DNA of 64,000 nt from Minisyncoccota bacterium (GCA_041660745.1 JBAZVT010000001.1:4377-68376), one strand, 5' to 3'; positions 37,310-47,712 are shown, numbered from the stretch's first letter. Made by a program: numbers and translations. Notes: generated by a model not told the origin, from the sequence alone.

Positions 37310-37671
37310 TACTTCCCCCATTAGTTTTAGGCTTAGGCCAAATCGACAAACTCCTAAAAGGAGCCGATAACACTTACACTACCTTGTCTTTTAAGCGGAT
37401 GTTAACAATTGATTGTGAATATTTTGTGACAGAAATCACATTTTTCTTTGTCTTAGATACCTAGCCGCAGAGGCTTGCCATCGAAAATCCACAAACTGCA
37501 GTCAGCGTACTATCGACCAGCAATAGTCGCGACTGAAGGTGGCCAAAACTGACATTAAATTACTTAAGCAGATGTCAATCGTGAGAGTGGGGGAATATGT
37601 TGTAAATCAACGTACAAATTTTTACAGCTTTAAACACTGGATTTGATGTTTTATAAAATTATATATCGTAG

Positions 37672-38615
37672 AAGACTTTTGCACGGCAAGCCTCCCTAAA
37701 TTCATTAAAATACGGTAGAATATAATGATAATCAATGTATTAGGTTATCGTTCATGAGTTTTTTAGGCTTTTACATCAGCCACCGTACCCGTAAAGGTAC
37801 AACCTAAACCAAATTGACCAGTTGATTGACTGGCAGCCAGTAGAGCAGGCGATCCGGCGGCATTACGCCCCGGTTTCTGATGTCGTTGGGCGGCCGCCTA
37901 TCCCGGCCTGTTGTTGTTTAAGATGTTGCTGGTCGGGCTTTGGCACGGGGGCTTGAGCGACTAGGCGGTTGAAGACATGGCCAATGTCAACCTGCATGTT
38001 TTGTGTTTCCTGGGCTTGTCGTTGGAGGATGACGTGCCCAGGCCATTCGGTGCTGTCCCGGTTCAGGACGAAGTTGACCAAAGCACAGGCTTGGGATGGC
38101 TTGCTATCGGAAATCAACCGACAAATTGAGGGGCGAAACCTGATGGTCAAGTCGGGCAGCCACGTTGACGGCAGCAAAAAGCACCGGGATGCCTTGAAAA
38201 CACGGGGCATCAAAAACGGCATCCAGGATAAGGCTGTCAAGAACAAGCCGCTCAGCCCACGGCAACTCGCCCGCAACAAGGCCATCAGCAAAGTCCGCTT
38301 TGTGGTGGAACGCACGTTTGGTGGCCAACAGCGCTGGTTCGGTGGCAAAGTCTTGCGCTACCAGGGTTTGGCTAAAGCCCATGCCTGGCACATCCTGTTG
38401 GTAGTCGCTTAACCTGAGAAGGCTACCAAGGCTTTATGTCGAAAGCCTATTGCCAAAGTGGCCACAGGAAAAATCCGCCTAATGGCCGGAAAAGTGAAAA
38501 ATGCCCGTAAGTTGGGGTTTATTCTCCTAACCTAACGTCAATAGTTCCTGTTTTTTTCCATGATTTTGGTTTTTACAGTTTAGCCATGAAAACAGCTGGA
38601 TTTTGCAAAAGTCTC
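37672..38615 (+). mobile_element. Degenerate IS5-family (IS1106-like) element
   Basis: Terminal IRs AAGACTTTTGCA / TGCAAAAGTCTC; frameshifted, internally deleted transposase (GRP.YP..LLFKMLL, NKAISKVRFVVERTFG). Confidence 0.85.
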
Positions 38616-38643
38616 TATAAGTATTAGTTAAATGTGTTGCTAT

Positions 38644-38672
38644 TGTCACCGGCAATGTAAAATTGACCCACC
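38644..38672 (+). mobile_element. Isolated IS21-like terminal inverted repeat
   Basis: TGTCACCGGCAATGTAAAATTGACCCACC; no istA follows. Confidence 0.45.
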
Positions 38673-38769
38673 TGAGACAAAATGGCTGCTGTTAGTGATT
38701 AGCAGTGGCGGAACCTCATGTTGACTCAGGAGTTATTAGTGGACATTCATGTATTATCTTGACAGGGGT

Positions 38770-38911
38770 TAGCCACATCACTTCAGACTTGATTAAGGCT
38801 ATTGAAGAGCACGAAAGTGAACAATCGGAAGCTAACAATAGCGTACAGGAATACAGCATGCTACAAAAAGAAAGCAGGCAAGATTTGCTTAATTTCTTAC
38901 GGTCGTTGTAA
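38770..38911 (+). pseudogene. 3' fragment of a di-haem oxidoreductase-like gene
   Basis: DLIKAIEEH..SEANNSV..Y..L..RQDLLNFLRSL* resembles the DHOR-family C-terminus (from recall). Confidence 0.55.
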
Positions 38912-39078
38912 GTTGCTAAGCATTTTGCGTTTTATCTGGGCTTTGCCAAATCAAGGGGGCCCTAAATTGAACCACTATTCATAAATCTTAATTATTTGGG
39001 GAGTGGTTTTTCTTGTGCCATAGGCATGGTTAGGGGGCACGTTTGATGACGTCATTACTAGATTGCACTAACAACATT

Positions 39079-39106
39079 ACTTCGCATAATATGGATTATG
39101 TTAAAT
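39079..39106 (+). other. dif/pdif-type XerC/XerD recombination site
   Basis: ACTTCGCATAA-TATGGA-TTATGTTAAAT: 11-6-11 architecture with a perfect XerD arm. Confidence 0.85.
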
Positions 39107-39408
39107 TTAAGGGTTTAGGCTGCCGGTGTTGCCGCAAATGTTCTGTAAGCGCCCTATAAACCACGCTATTGATTTTTAGGACTGTCAAATTCACGACATT
39201 TTGAGCTCATGTTAGGGTTCTCTCTTAGGTTGATTGATTATATCAACCTATCTTTGTGTCCATTTTCATTAGACTACTACACCTTGAAACTGGAAAATAT
39301 TCGGTGGTGATAGGTGGAAACTTTTGGATAGTGATTGACAATCTATTGATTTTTCAGCAACCAAAATTGACCTTATTTGCACTGCCCGCATCATAATTGT
39401 TATGAATG

Positions 39409-41601
39409 CTATATACTTTTAGTCCATTTTAACGCTTCATCTATATCCAAGTATAGGCTAGTATAAGTAATTCGCAGAAAATCATCTGGCAGAGCCCAGT
39501 CCCACTTTTCTCGCTGAAGATTTTTTACATTTGCTAACAAAATATCTAGTGGCGGAGGTTCATCAACTCCTGAATCAATGAGGGCATCTAGCACATTTTC
39601 AGTTGTATATTTGCCTTTCTGAACCTCTACACCAGGGCCTGCCGGCATTGCTACGAAACCTCGCTGAATCAGAAGACAAGTGATCGCCTCATTAGCGGCA
39701 TCGCCTAACCATGTCAGGATATAAACAACTTTTCCTTGATCTATAAAAAACGTATGTCCCAGATTACGGCCAATGTACCCCTGACGAGCTTCCGCCAAGA
39801 ATCGGCGGGCAACCTGATCCAGAAATATCGGCACATCATTCGATTCCAGCAGCTTTCGCATACGTTGCCGCACTTGGCTATGGGTTCGCCCTGTACCACC
39901 TGAGAATAGCGGTGGCACACCACCCGATGAACGGATAACATAAATTGTTTTCTGAGACTCATTAATGCCTTCGACGAACCATGTTTTGCCAGCAAATAAA
40001 ATCCTCTGTCCTATGGTTAACATTTGAGAAATCGGGATAGTTCCAAGAGTCTTTCCATTGGCGACCACGCGAAATTCTTCATCAATTACGAATGCCGCGT
40101 AAAAGGTATAGTGGTTTACTAATTTTTCGCCGACACAGCCATGTAATATCACTCCGGAAGAATCTTGGGTCAAAAGCTCATTCTGTCCAAGGTGCTTAAC
40201 CAAGATCATGAAATTTTCCTTCGAAACGCCAAAAAACGGCGCCTTTTCTGTACATAGCAGCATATAAAGCTGACTAATCGTTGCCCCACCATATTGAGCG
40301 ATCACTGATAACATCTGCTGAACAAGCGTTGATAGATGAGCACCATTTGTTACAGGAGGCTCAAACCAACCTTCTAGCAACAAACTGATCATCGCTATTG
40401 TTTCGATAGTTTCAAGGCGTAATTCAGTTGAAAGCGATGCATGCCCTCCTAACGCATCTTCGATGCAATAACTACGCAGAATGGCGGGCTCCCCCTTTCT
40501 ACGCCCGGAGCGTCCGAGACGTTGACGTAAGCTGGCGACCGATGGCGGAGAGCCAATTTGCGCGACGCTTTTGACTGCGCCAATATCAATGCCCAGTTCA
40601 AGTGTGTTAGTGCAGATAGCTGTTGCAGGAATGTTTTTCTGTTTCAAAGCAGTTTCGGTTTCACTGCGAATTTCTTTCGACAAACTGCCGTGATGAGGCC
40701 AAAACTCGTTAGGAACCTGTTGCTGCTGGCATAATTTGTTTAATAAATGGGTGAAGCGTTCTACTTCCCGCCGTGAGTTTGGAAAAATGAGATTGTTTGA
40801 TCCACGCAGAAACTTGAACAGATGGGTAGCGATCAAACTAGGTGTCGTTGGCTCCCGCTCCGCATTTTCATCATTTTCTGATCGTATCACCAGTGGCTCT
40901 TCATAGCCTTTCAATAGAATTTTAAGTTCCGAACTTGATAAGCTTGATTCTACAATCGCCACTGATGCACCTTCACCAGAACGTAGAAACTCGGCAGCGA
41001 GTTTCATATCTCCCAATGTTGCAGAAAGGCCAATTCGTGGCACTTTACGTCCAACGACCTGTTCAATACGATACATTAAGGATTGAAGCTGCTTTCCTCG
41101 TTCTGATCCAATAAAAGCATGAAGTTCATCAACTACAAAATATCTAGAACGGTCAAAAATAGTGCCGACGGATGTTCCCCGATTGCAAAGCATAGCTTCT
41201 AGAGACTCAGGGGTAATGAGCAATATACCGTTACGTTTGCTAAGAAACCGAGTCTTTATGGTGGAGGATACATCCCCGTGCCAAGGCCAGACCGGAATAT
41301 CCAATTGCTCACACAATCGATCAAACCGATCGAACTGATCGTTGATAAGCGCCTTTAATGGACTGATATAAACAATAAGACCCGGCTCATCAAGCTGCAA
41401 CATATGGGTTAACGCCGGCAAAAAGGCAGCCTCTGTTTTGCCCATTGCGGTGGGTGCCGCAACAATAACATCTCGATCTGCTTTAAGGATTAAAGGTATA
41501 GCAGCCTCTTGGGCATCTCGTAATGACTCCCAACCCTCTGCCCAGATAAATCGCCGAATCCGTTCGTCTAGCTGATAAAAAGAGGTGCTGGATTCAGTCA
41601 T
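39409..41601 (-). CDS. sngC: Shango SngC, Lhr-like DEAD/DEAH helicase
   Basis: APTAMGKTEAA, SPLKALINDQ, VDELH, SAT, HHGSL, TLELGIDIG and QRLGRSGRR; third gene of the TerB-ATPase-helicase operon. Confidence 0.88.
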   Translation of the reverse strand: MTESSTSFYQLDERIRRFIWAEGWESLRDAQEAAIPLILKADRDVIVAAPTAMGKTEAAFLPALTHMLQLDEPGLIVYISPLKALINDQFDRFDRLCEQLDIPVWPWHGDVSSTIKTRFLSKRNGILLITPESLEAMLCNRGTSVGTIFDRSRYFVVDELHAFIGSERGKQLQSLMYRIEQVVGRKVPRIGLSATLGDMKLAAEFLRSGEGASVAIVESSLSSSELKILLKGYEEPLVIRSENDENAEREPTTPSLIATHLFKFLRGSNNLIFPNSRREVERFTHLLNKLCQQQQVPNEFWPHHGSLSKEIRSETETALKQKNIPATAICTNTLELGIDIGAVKSVAQIGSPPSVASLRQRLGRSGRRKGEPAILRSYCIEDALGGHASLSTELRLETIETIAMISLLLEGWFEPPVTNGAHLSTLVQQMLSVIAQYGGATISQLYMLLCTEKAPFFGVSKENFMILVKHLGQNELLTQDSSGVILHGCVGEKLVNHYTFYAAFVIDEEFRVVANGKTLGTIPISQMLTIGQRILFAGKTWFVEGINESQKTIYVIRSSGGVPPLFSGGTGRTHSQVRQRMRKLLESNDVPIFLDQVARRFLAEARQGYIGRNLGHTFFIDQGKVVYILTWLGDAANEAITCLLIQRGFVAMPAGPGVEVQKGKYTTENVLDALIDSGVDEPPPLDILLANVKNLQREKWDWALPDDFLRITYTSLYLDIDEALKWTKSI

Positions 41602-41631
41602 TATTCTCAGAGGATTTAGCAGGTGGCTAAA

Positions 41632-42936
41632 TTACATTTTGAACGAAGCGAAATCTTCGTCATCGTTAGCATCCATCATCAGCTCAACGGTACCACCTGT
41701 GTCTGCAATAACCTCTATTCCTCCGAGTAACTCTTGCCACGAAACTCCAGCGTTTTGTTCCAACACAGCTAACAAATTGATAAAGGTAGTAATCGTTGTG
41801 CGAGGCGTCCGAAAATATGCATCTCCTATGCGCTTCGAACAGTGCTCCATGAAACTATAAATGCCTTGTTCAGGCAGAAGATACTTGGTTTTGTCACCTG
41901 AAGCATATACATGGCATATTTTCTGTAACAACACATAGAAATCCTCTGGTGTCAGGCTTGAAAGCCGAACTACCGGTCCGCTGAAATCAACCAAACCACC
42001 CGAGGCGAAGGTATTTTGTGACAGGCGACTTTGTAGTGCCGGGTAACTATAGAGACCCCGGCGAGTATCCAGCAGAAACTCAGGAGTACCTCCCAGGACG
42101 AAACCAAGTCCAACCGCCGTACCCTGCAAAGAATCATTTAAAATCCGCAGAATTTGCTCATAATTAGCGTTGCGGGCTTGTGTATTTGCTAGTTTGTATA
42201 GGTTGACAAGCTCATCCAGACTGACCAGTAGTCCTGAGAAACCCGCAAGACGGACAAAGCGTGCTAATAGCTTCAATTGATCATAGACTGCCGCATCATC
42301 GACAATAGTCCGAACACCGAGCGCCTGTTTTGCATCGGTCTTGGTCGAAAACTCACCTCGCAGCCAACGCACAGCGTCAGATTTGAGCTGTTCATTACCT
42401 TCCTCAAAACCCCGGCAGTATGCTGCAATAACATCAGCAAAGTCATAGCCATTAACCAGCTCAGTCAAATGGTCAAGCTTTTGCCGGATAACGACTTCAG
42501 TTGATACGTCGGCTGTCTTGGCTTCGGCTTTGGCTGTGGAGATGAATTTCTCGACGATACCACCCAATGCGCCACCGTCCGGCTTAGTTCGTGTAGATAG
42601 ATTACGCATCAATTCGGCATAAAGAGATCTAGCCTGCCCGCCACTGGCATGCAAACGTCGATCAGGATTCAGGTCTGCACTTGCAACGACAAGCTTTTTC
42701 TCCAACGCTACTGCGCGCACCAAATTCAGAAAGAATGTTTTGCCTGCCCCATATTCACCGATAACCATACGGAAAGCCGAGCCATCGTCAGAAATTCGGT
42801 CGATATCGCCGAGAATTGTCTCGATTTCAGAGGTGCGGCCGACTTGAATCAGGTGTTGGCCTATCCGTGGCACTACACCCGCTCGCAGGGATTGAATTAC
42901 GGCGTCGCGGTCCTTCGTGCGGATGGTCGTTGTCAT
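41632..42936 (-). CDS. sngB: Shango SngB, P-loop ATPase (DUF2791/BrxD-like)
   Basis: SLRAGVVPRIG, GEYGAGKT, LDELVNL and GLYSYPALQSRL. Confidence 0.88.
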   Translation of the reverse strand: MTTTIRTKDRDAVIQSLRAGVVPRIGQHLIQVGRTSEIETILGDIDRISDDGSAFRMVIGEYGAGKTFFLNLVRAVALEKKLVVASADLNPDRRLHASGGQARSLYAELMRNLSTRTKPDGGALGGIVEKFISTAKAEAKTADVSTEVVIRQKLDHLTELVNGYDFADVIAAYCRGFEEGNEQLKSDAVRWLRGEFSTKTDAKQALGVRTIVDDAAVYDQLKLLARFVRLAGFSGLLVSLDELVNLYKLANTQARNANYEQILRILNDSLQGTAVGLGFVLGGTPEFLLDTRRGLYSYPALQSRLSQNTFASGGLVDFSGPVVRLSSLTPEDFYVLLQKICHVYASGDKTKYLLPEQGIYSFMEHCSKRIGDAYFRTPRTTITTFINLLAVLEQNAGVSWQELLGGIEVIADTGGTVELMMDANDDEDFASFKM

Positions 42937-45308
42937 GCTTCAATTTTCTCCAGAATTTCGGGATTGACTTCGATTAGGTCATCGCCCTCGGTGAACGGAA
43001 TATCGTGCGTATTGAATGCAGCTTCGTTGATATGTTCAAGTGCGCCATCAAGCATTAAGTCGAGATCAGCTGCTAAATCTAACAATTCCTCCCGACTCCA
43101 TTCAGGCCGAGATAAAAGCATTCTGGCAAAAGCAGTATGAGCAGCATCCAGACCTAGGATGCCATCAGAAATCAATTCGGTTTCAACTACAATCTCTGGA
43201 AGTTGTATAGCAACGCCTTCCTCATCATTGAAAATATTCGCTAACAGTTTCGAAACTCTTTCAGTGTCCTGCTGTAAAGAGGCAATACGTGAAGAATCAA
43301 GTTTAAAGCCAGATTCTTCAATGGCAGTTGCCTTTGCAACAGTTAGCTTAGTACCAGAAGCTACCGCGTGGATGTCGCTGAAGACCTTATTAGTGTCAAC
43401 ACCGAGGACTTTGTAAACCTTTTCCAGGATTTTTACTTCGTCAGGCGCTACTGTTCCATCTGACTGCGCTACAGTTGCCATGAATGCTGCAATCGATTCT
43501 CTGGTTGAGACATCAAGCGGTTCAAGCTTCTTTTTCAAGGAGGTTAACGAAACCGGCTCCGTTACAAGTAGACGCAAATGAGCCAGCAAACGACTAATAT
43601 GGTTAGGCAAAAGGTGTGACCATGATCGCACCTCGTCACTCAAATGGTTTAATTCACTGGCACTAAATTCCCCATCGGCTACAGCTACAGCCGATGCCAG
43701 CTGAATGGTTAAAAGCGCGGCCTGATAAGCGGGCGTCTCAAGAGTATCCAGATGATCAGATCGCATGCTGAAAAGTACCAAGCTGTCTGTGGGCTTGGGA
43801 AGCTTGGCGCCTCCAAGCATATTTGGCTCGATACCGATGTTTATGGCCTCTAAGGCTCGACCTAGCATAAGCGTCTTGTCTCTGGTAAGAATCGAATTCG
43901 CTCCTAATGTTGACAATAGTTCTTGGAAGGACATGATGACCATATCGCTGTCTACCCTTGTTTTGATCGCTTGTAAGTTTTTCTGGGCGTCTTCGGGCCA
44001 GAGCTCCATTGGAAGTTGTAACAAAGCTTCCAGTGAAGTCTCTGCATTATTGTGCTTACCGAGATAGCGACTATAGGGTTCCAATTCTTTAGTGGTGACT
44101 TCCATGATTTGCTGAAGCTTCTTGAGTGGTACAGTCAAGGCTGTCACATCAGGCGTTTCACCAAAAGTGAGTTTGATATCGTCATAACCTCGAAATCCGG
44201 CAGATGCGGGTCGGTACACGAGCTTCAATTTGGTTCGATTGCGGGGAAGTACAAAGCCCGAACCAAATGTATCCGTGTACCTTAGTTGAAAAAGTTTATC
44301 GAATTGTTCCGCACAACGTATTGCGGGAGTTCTCAAGGAAATGCTTGGCTCAAGTTTCGTCCAAGTGAGTGCTAACTGCGCCGAAATAGGTATGCCATCA
44401 ATAGCCGCCTGTCCTAGAGCAAGGCGGAGATACAGGGGGAGTTCGAAAGTTTTTGGAAACGTTGGAATTGGTTTTTCGTATAATTTATCCGGGGAATCGG
44501 CTAACGAGACCCAATTGAGTAGTTCGCTAGCATAGTGCCGGAACGAATTCGATTTCTCCCCATAAATATCCAATAAACGCCTAATCTCTTCAGCAATGAT
44601 TGGCCAATCTGTTTTTGCCTCCGTATCATTGGTTGCGTCTATAATAGCCCGGCGTTCAAGACCATAAAAAAATAGGAAGACATAACCGATCTCTGCCTCA
44701 GGATCGCGCCTTCCATCGGCTAACCAGTTCAGATAACTGCGACGAGCAGTCGAGCTAATGTCAGAATAACTTGGCCAATACCCCATCTGACTTTCTGTAT
44801 AGTTGCCCCGAGAACTCACGGATTTGGATGGATCTATTAGACATGGATCGTTGACACCAGATGGTGTCTTTAAACTTTTCCCAACGTAAATCATTCCATC
44901 GGGGATAGTAACGCCTGAGACTTTTAATGACTGACCTCTTGGAATCCAGGTCGTGGCGCCGAATCCTTTGGGGGCTGATGGAATACGAAAGGTTGAATCA
45001 GAAGAGGCAGATGTGGTCGATATACTGACAAGGCCATCGTCATCAACAAAATGGCTGGGTTGTTTAGCTTGATTCATTGAGACTGATTTTTTTGCTGTTC
45101 CACCTATATGGCTATTTTTATCGTTGAAGATGGCAGGAGGTTTTGACTTTTTATACTTCCCATATAAATAGAAAGGGAGCAAAACCACAACTATACAACC
45201 GATAGAAATCCAAACTATTTTAGGAATGGCCGCAAAAATTGCTAAAACGACAAGGACTAATGCGAAAAACGCATCGCCAGACCCCAGCTTCTTTTTCCGC
45301 CTTCCCAT
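42933..45308 (-). CDS. sngA: Shango SngA, TM + TerB_N / TerB / TerB_C protein
   Basis: N-terminal TM helices; YWPSYS..YLNWLADGR..IGYVFLFFYGLERR; AVADG and AQSDG TerB motifs; C-terminal GALEHINEAAF. Confidence 0.88.
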   Translation of the reverse strand: MGRRKKKLGSGDAFFALVLVVLAIFAAIPKIVWISIGCIVVVLLPFYLYGKYKKSKPPAIFNDKNSHIGGTAKKSVSMNQAKQPSHFVDDDGLVSISTTSASSDSTFRIPSAPKGFGATTWIPRGQSLKVSGVTIPDGMIYVGKSLKTPSGVNDPCLIDPSKSVSSRGNYTESQMGYWPSYSDISSTARRSYLNWLADGRRDPEAEIGYVFLFFYGLERRAIIDATNDTEAKTDWPIIAEEIRRLLDIYGEKSNSFRHYASELLNWVSLADSPDKLYEKPIPTFPKTFELPLYLRLALGQAAIDGIPISAQLALTWTKLEPSISLRTPAIRCAEQFDKLFQLRYTDTFGSGFVLPRNRTKLKLVYRPASAGFRGYDDIKLTFGETPDVTALTVPLKKLQQIMEVTTKELEPYSRYLGKHNNAETSLEALLQLPMELWPEDAQKNLQAIKTRVDSDMVIMSFQELLSTLGANSILTRDKTLMLGRALEAINIGIEPNMLGGAKLPKPTDSLVLFSMRSDHLDTLETPAYQAALLTIQLASAVAVADGEFSASELNHLSDEVRSWSHLLPNHISRLLAHLRLLVTEPVSLTSLKKKLEPLDVSTRESIAAFMATVAQSDGTVAPDEVKILEKVYKVLGVDTNKVFSDIHAVASGTKLTVAKATAIEESGFKLDSSRIASLQQDTERVSKLLANIFNDEEGVAIQLPEIVVETELISDGILGLDAAHTAFARMLLSRPEWSREELLDLAADLDLMLDGALEHINEAAFNTHDIPFTEGDDLIEVNPEILEKIEA

Positions 45309-45464
45309 CTGATGAACTCCTTAAATCCACAATAATTCAAAATAATAATCGAAAATTTTTGTCCGACGTATTCAATTCATCTATAACCAGCAGTTTGGTT
45401 GTTTAAGATCAAATTGTTTTGCATTATATATCCAACATCGGGGTTATTTAGACGATATTAAATC

Positions 45465-45716
45465 CTATATAATATTTGTCTGATGAGGTTTACCAAGAAC
45501 TCGTTCCAATAAACCATCGGTCGGCATCTCACCGTATCGACTTTTTAGCCGATCCTGAAGTTTCATTAAGCGCAAATTTGCAGTTCCAACCAATTGGCTG
45601 AATGTGGTGGCTCTAACACGACCATATTATCCCCTGATAGAGTCACTGACCTTCTTGTCTGTTGCAGGGGGAACGCAAGGATTTGTGCGCAAATGGGAAA
45701 TAGCGGCTATTGCCAT
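45465..45716 (-). pseudogene. Possible 3' gene fragment with internal stop
   Basis: ..G*YGRVRATTFSQLVGTANLRLMKLQDRLKSRY..; loosely resembles C-termini of HATPase/nuclease defence proteins. Confidence 0.3.
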
Positions 45717-45977
45717 GCGTAAAAAGCCTTTAGAATGTATTTTTCCATATTTCACATCGATCTTTGTATATTATTGAAGCGAAAGATGAATTGGCTAAAC
45801 ATGATACTTTTGTATCAAAGGCACGCAAAACGAATGAGTTTAACTACTATTGCCTAAAATCGCACGAATCCTTACCTTTATCCTTGTTCCCGCTGCTTTC
45901 AAATTCTTAGGACCGACAAATAACACAACACCTAAAAAATAACGGTTTTATAAAAATCAGCGTCCACGGGTTATTCT

Positions 45978-46142
45978 CTATAAATCATTTTTAATTTTTA
46001 GGGTTTTACCGCTTAAAAGGGCTATCCCCTTTAAAAGGTTAGCGTCTTGCAATTCCTTTTCTTTTGCCATTGCTTCGGCTTTCTGTTGTTTAGTTGGTCG
46101 GTTAAAAATCCAACTAAAACAACCTTTTGCTTGCTTGGTCAT
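45978..46142 (-). CDS. Possible 54-aa basic small protein
   Basis: MTKQAKGCFSWIFNRPTKQQKAEAMAKEKEL.., preceded by AAGGGG RBS; below the ORF-track cutoff. Confidence 0.35.
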   Translation of the reverse strand: MTKQAKGCFSWIFNRPTKQQKAEAMAKEKELQDANLLKGIALLSGKTLKIKNDL

Positions 46143-46390
46143 GCTCGTCCCCTTAATTTTGTAAAGGTTAGGGTGATCGGCGAAGCCTTCCCCCTGAAAA
46201 AATGGTTAAATATCAGCTATCCACCTCGCCCCTGGTTTTCCTGCCCCACACCGCCCGTTCAAATTTATTTCTTACAGCATGAAAGCGGTGTTGATGCTGC
46301 TGCTAAGGAATACGCTATAAAGTTCTGGAAAATTACCAAAACATCATATAAACAAGCTGTGGCAGTGAATTAAAACGGGGCGGCGGGTGT

Positions 46391-46669
46391 TTATTTAGGA
46401 AAGCTTTTATTCCACTTCCGTGAACCATGCAGAACACGAAGAACTTGTTTTAACTCTGTAGGCGACAATGAAGGTGTTGCCTTAATTACAAGCTCTCTCG
46501 TACCTTTTACTCGTCCTATCCGCCCTAATTCTGGGTATTCACCCAATAAAGTTACTTGATTGAGAATTGCCTCATAAACGGCATAAGCTGCGGTAATGCT
46601 GTCCTGTGCGATATATTCCAATACTTCGCCTATTTCTATTTCCGCTCGTTCTTTCCAGTCAATAAGCAA
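46391..46669 (-). CDS. RelE/ParE-family toxin, probably damaged
   Basis: YIAQDSITAA, PELGRIGRVKGTRELV and VLRVLHG; the expected FIVAYRVK segment lies in a different frame. Confidence 0.75.
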   Translation of the reverse strand: MLIDWKERAEIEIGEVLEYIAQDSITAAYAVYEAILNQVTLLGEYPELGRIGRVKGTRELVIKATPSLSPTELKQVLRVLHGSRKWNKSFPK

Positions 46670-46671
46670 AA

Positions 46672-47130
46672 TTAGCTTTCCTTTCTCGCTTGGGTGGCTA
46701 TCTTATCCAGTCTGGCTTTAAGGTTGCCCATAACTACATCATGGGGAATAAATACCGTATTTGGTGCATCTGCTTCAATCAAGGCTTGTTCCACCTGTTC
46801 ACAAAGCCAAGCATCATGTTCAGCAGCTTCATACACTCTTTTAAGAGATTCGGCACGGTCGGGGCGTTTACGGTCTGTTTCTGCATCGTAAGCACTAGCA
46901 TCAACATCAAAATTACTAATGCCTAATTTTTTTAGATAAAGCATGACGGTTTCTAATTTACGAAACAGGCGTAATTTTCCGCTACGCTGTGCAGCAAGGA
47001 ATGTGTCAGCCATTCCATATTTTACCGACAATGCCCACCCGCCAGCTTGTCCGATAACATGAGCTGCATGGATAGCCCCAATTTCAACCAAGCGGGTTAA
47101 GGTGCTATGGTCAATTGTTTTGGTAGTTAT
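46672..47130 (-). CDS. Antitoxin-like protein (ParC-like N-terminus + HDAW..QVEQAL C-terminus); start codon appears to be ATA
   Basis: GGAGG RBS followed by ATA ACT ACC AAA ACA ATT GAC CAT, in frame with the 47091 ORF. Confidence 0.65.
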   Translation of the reverse strand: MTTKTIDHSTLTRLVEIGAIHAAHVIGQAGGWALSVKYGMADTFLAAQRSGKLRLFRKLETVMLYLKKLGISNFDVDASAYDAETDRKRPDRAESLKRVYEAAEHDAWLCEQVEQALIEADAPNTVFIPHDVVMGNLKARLDKIATQARKES

Positions 47131-47279
47131 AAAAATACCTCCGATATTATTGTCTAAATAATAAATTATTACCGCATTTAATAATAAAACGCAATGGCTA
47201 AAGTATTTTAGCCACCTCTGCTATAAATTTTAATATATTTTATTGTTGGCATTAGCAACACATTTAACTAATACTTATA

Positions 47280-47712
47280 GAGACTTTTGCAAAATCCAGC
47301 TGTTTTCATGGCTAACCTGTAAAAACCAAAATCATGGAAAAAAACAGGAACTATTGACGTTAAGTTAGGAGAATAAACCCCAACTTACGGGCATTTTTCA
47401 CTTTTTCCGGCCATTAGGCCGGATTTTCCCTGTGGCCGCTTTGGCATAGGCTTTCGACATAAAGCCTTGGTAGCCTCCTCAGGTTGTAAGCGACAATCAA
47501 CGGATGTGCCAGGCATGGGCTTTAGCCAAACCCTGGTAGCGCAAGACTTTGCCACCGAACCAGCGCTGTTGGCCACCAAACGTGCGTTCCACCACAAAGC
47601 GGACTTAGCTGATGGCCTTGTTGCGGGCGAGTTGCCGTGGGCTGAGCGGCTTGTTCTTGACAGCCTTATCCTGGATGCCGTTTTTGATGCCCCGCCTTTT
47701 CAAGCGCATCCC
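47280..47712 (-). mobile_element. Partial inverted copy of the IS5-family element (3' part + IR)
   Basis: Near-identical reverse complement of ~38185-38615; begins GAGACTTTTGCAAAATCC. Confidence 0.85.

Noticed and set aside
41632-45308. BREX or tellurite-resistance operon
   Set aside because: No pglZ/brxC or terZABCDE genes; the three-gene order matches Shango, a described system.
46047-46373. 108-aa + strand ORF
   Set aside because: TTG start, no motif; overlaps a better-supported small minus-strand ORF.
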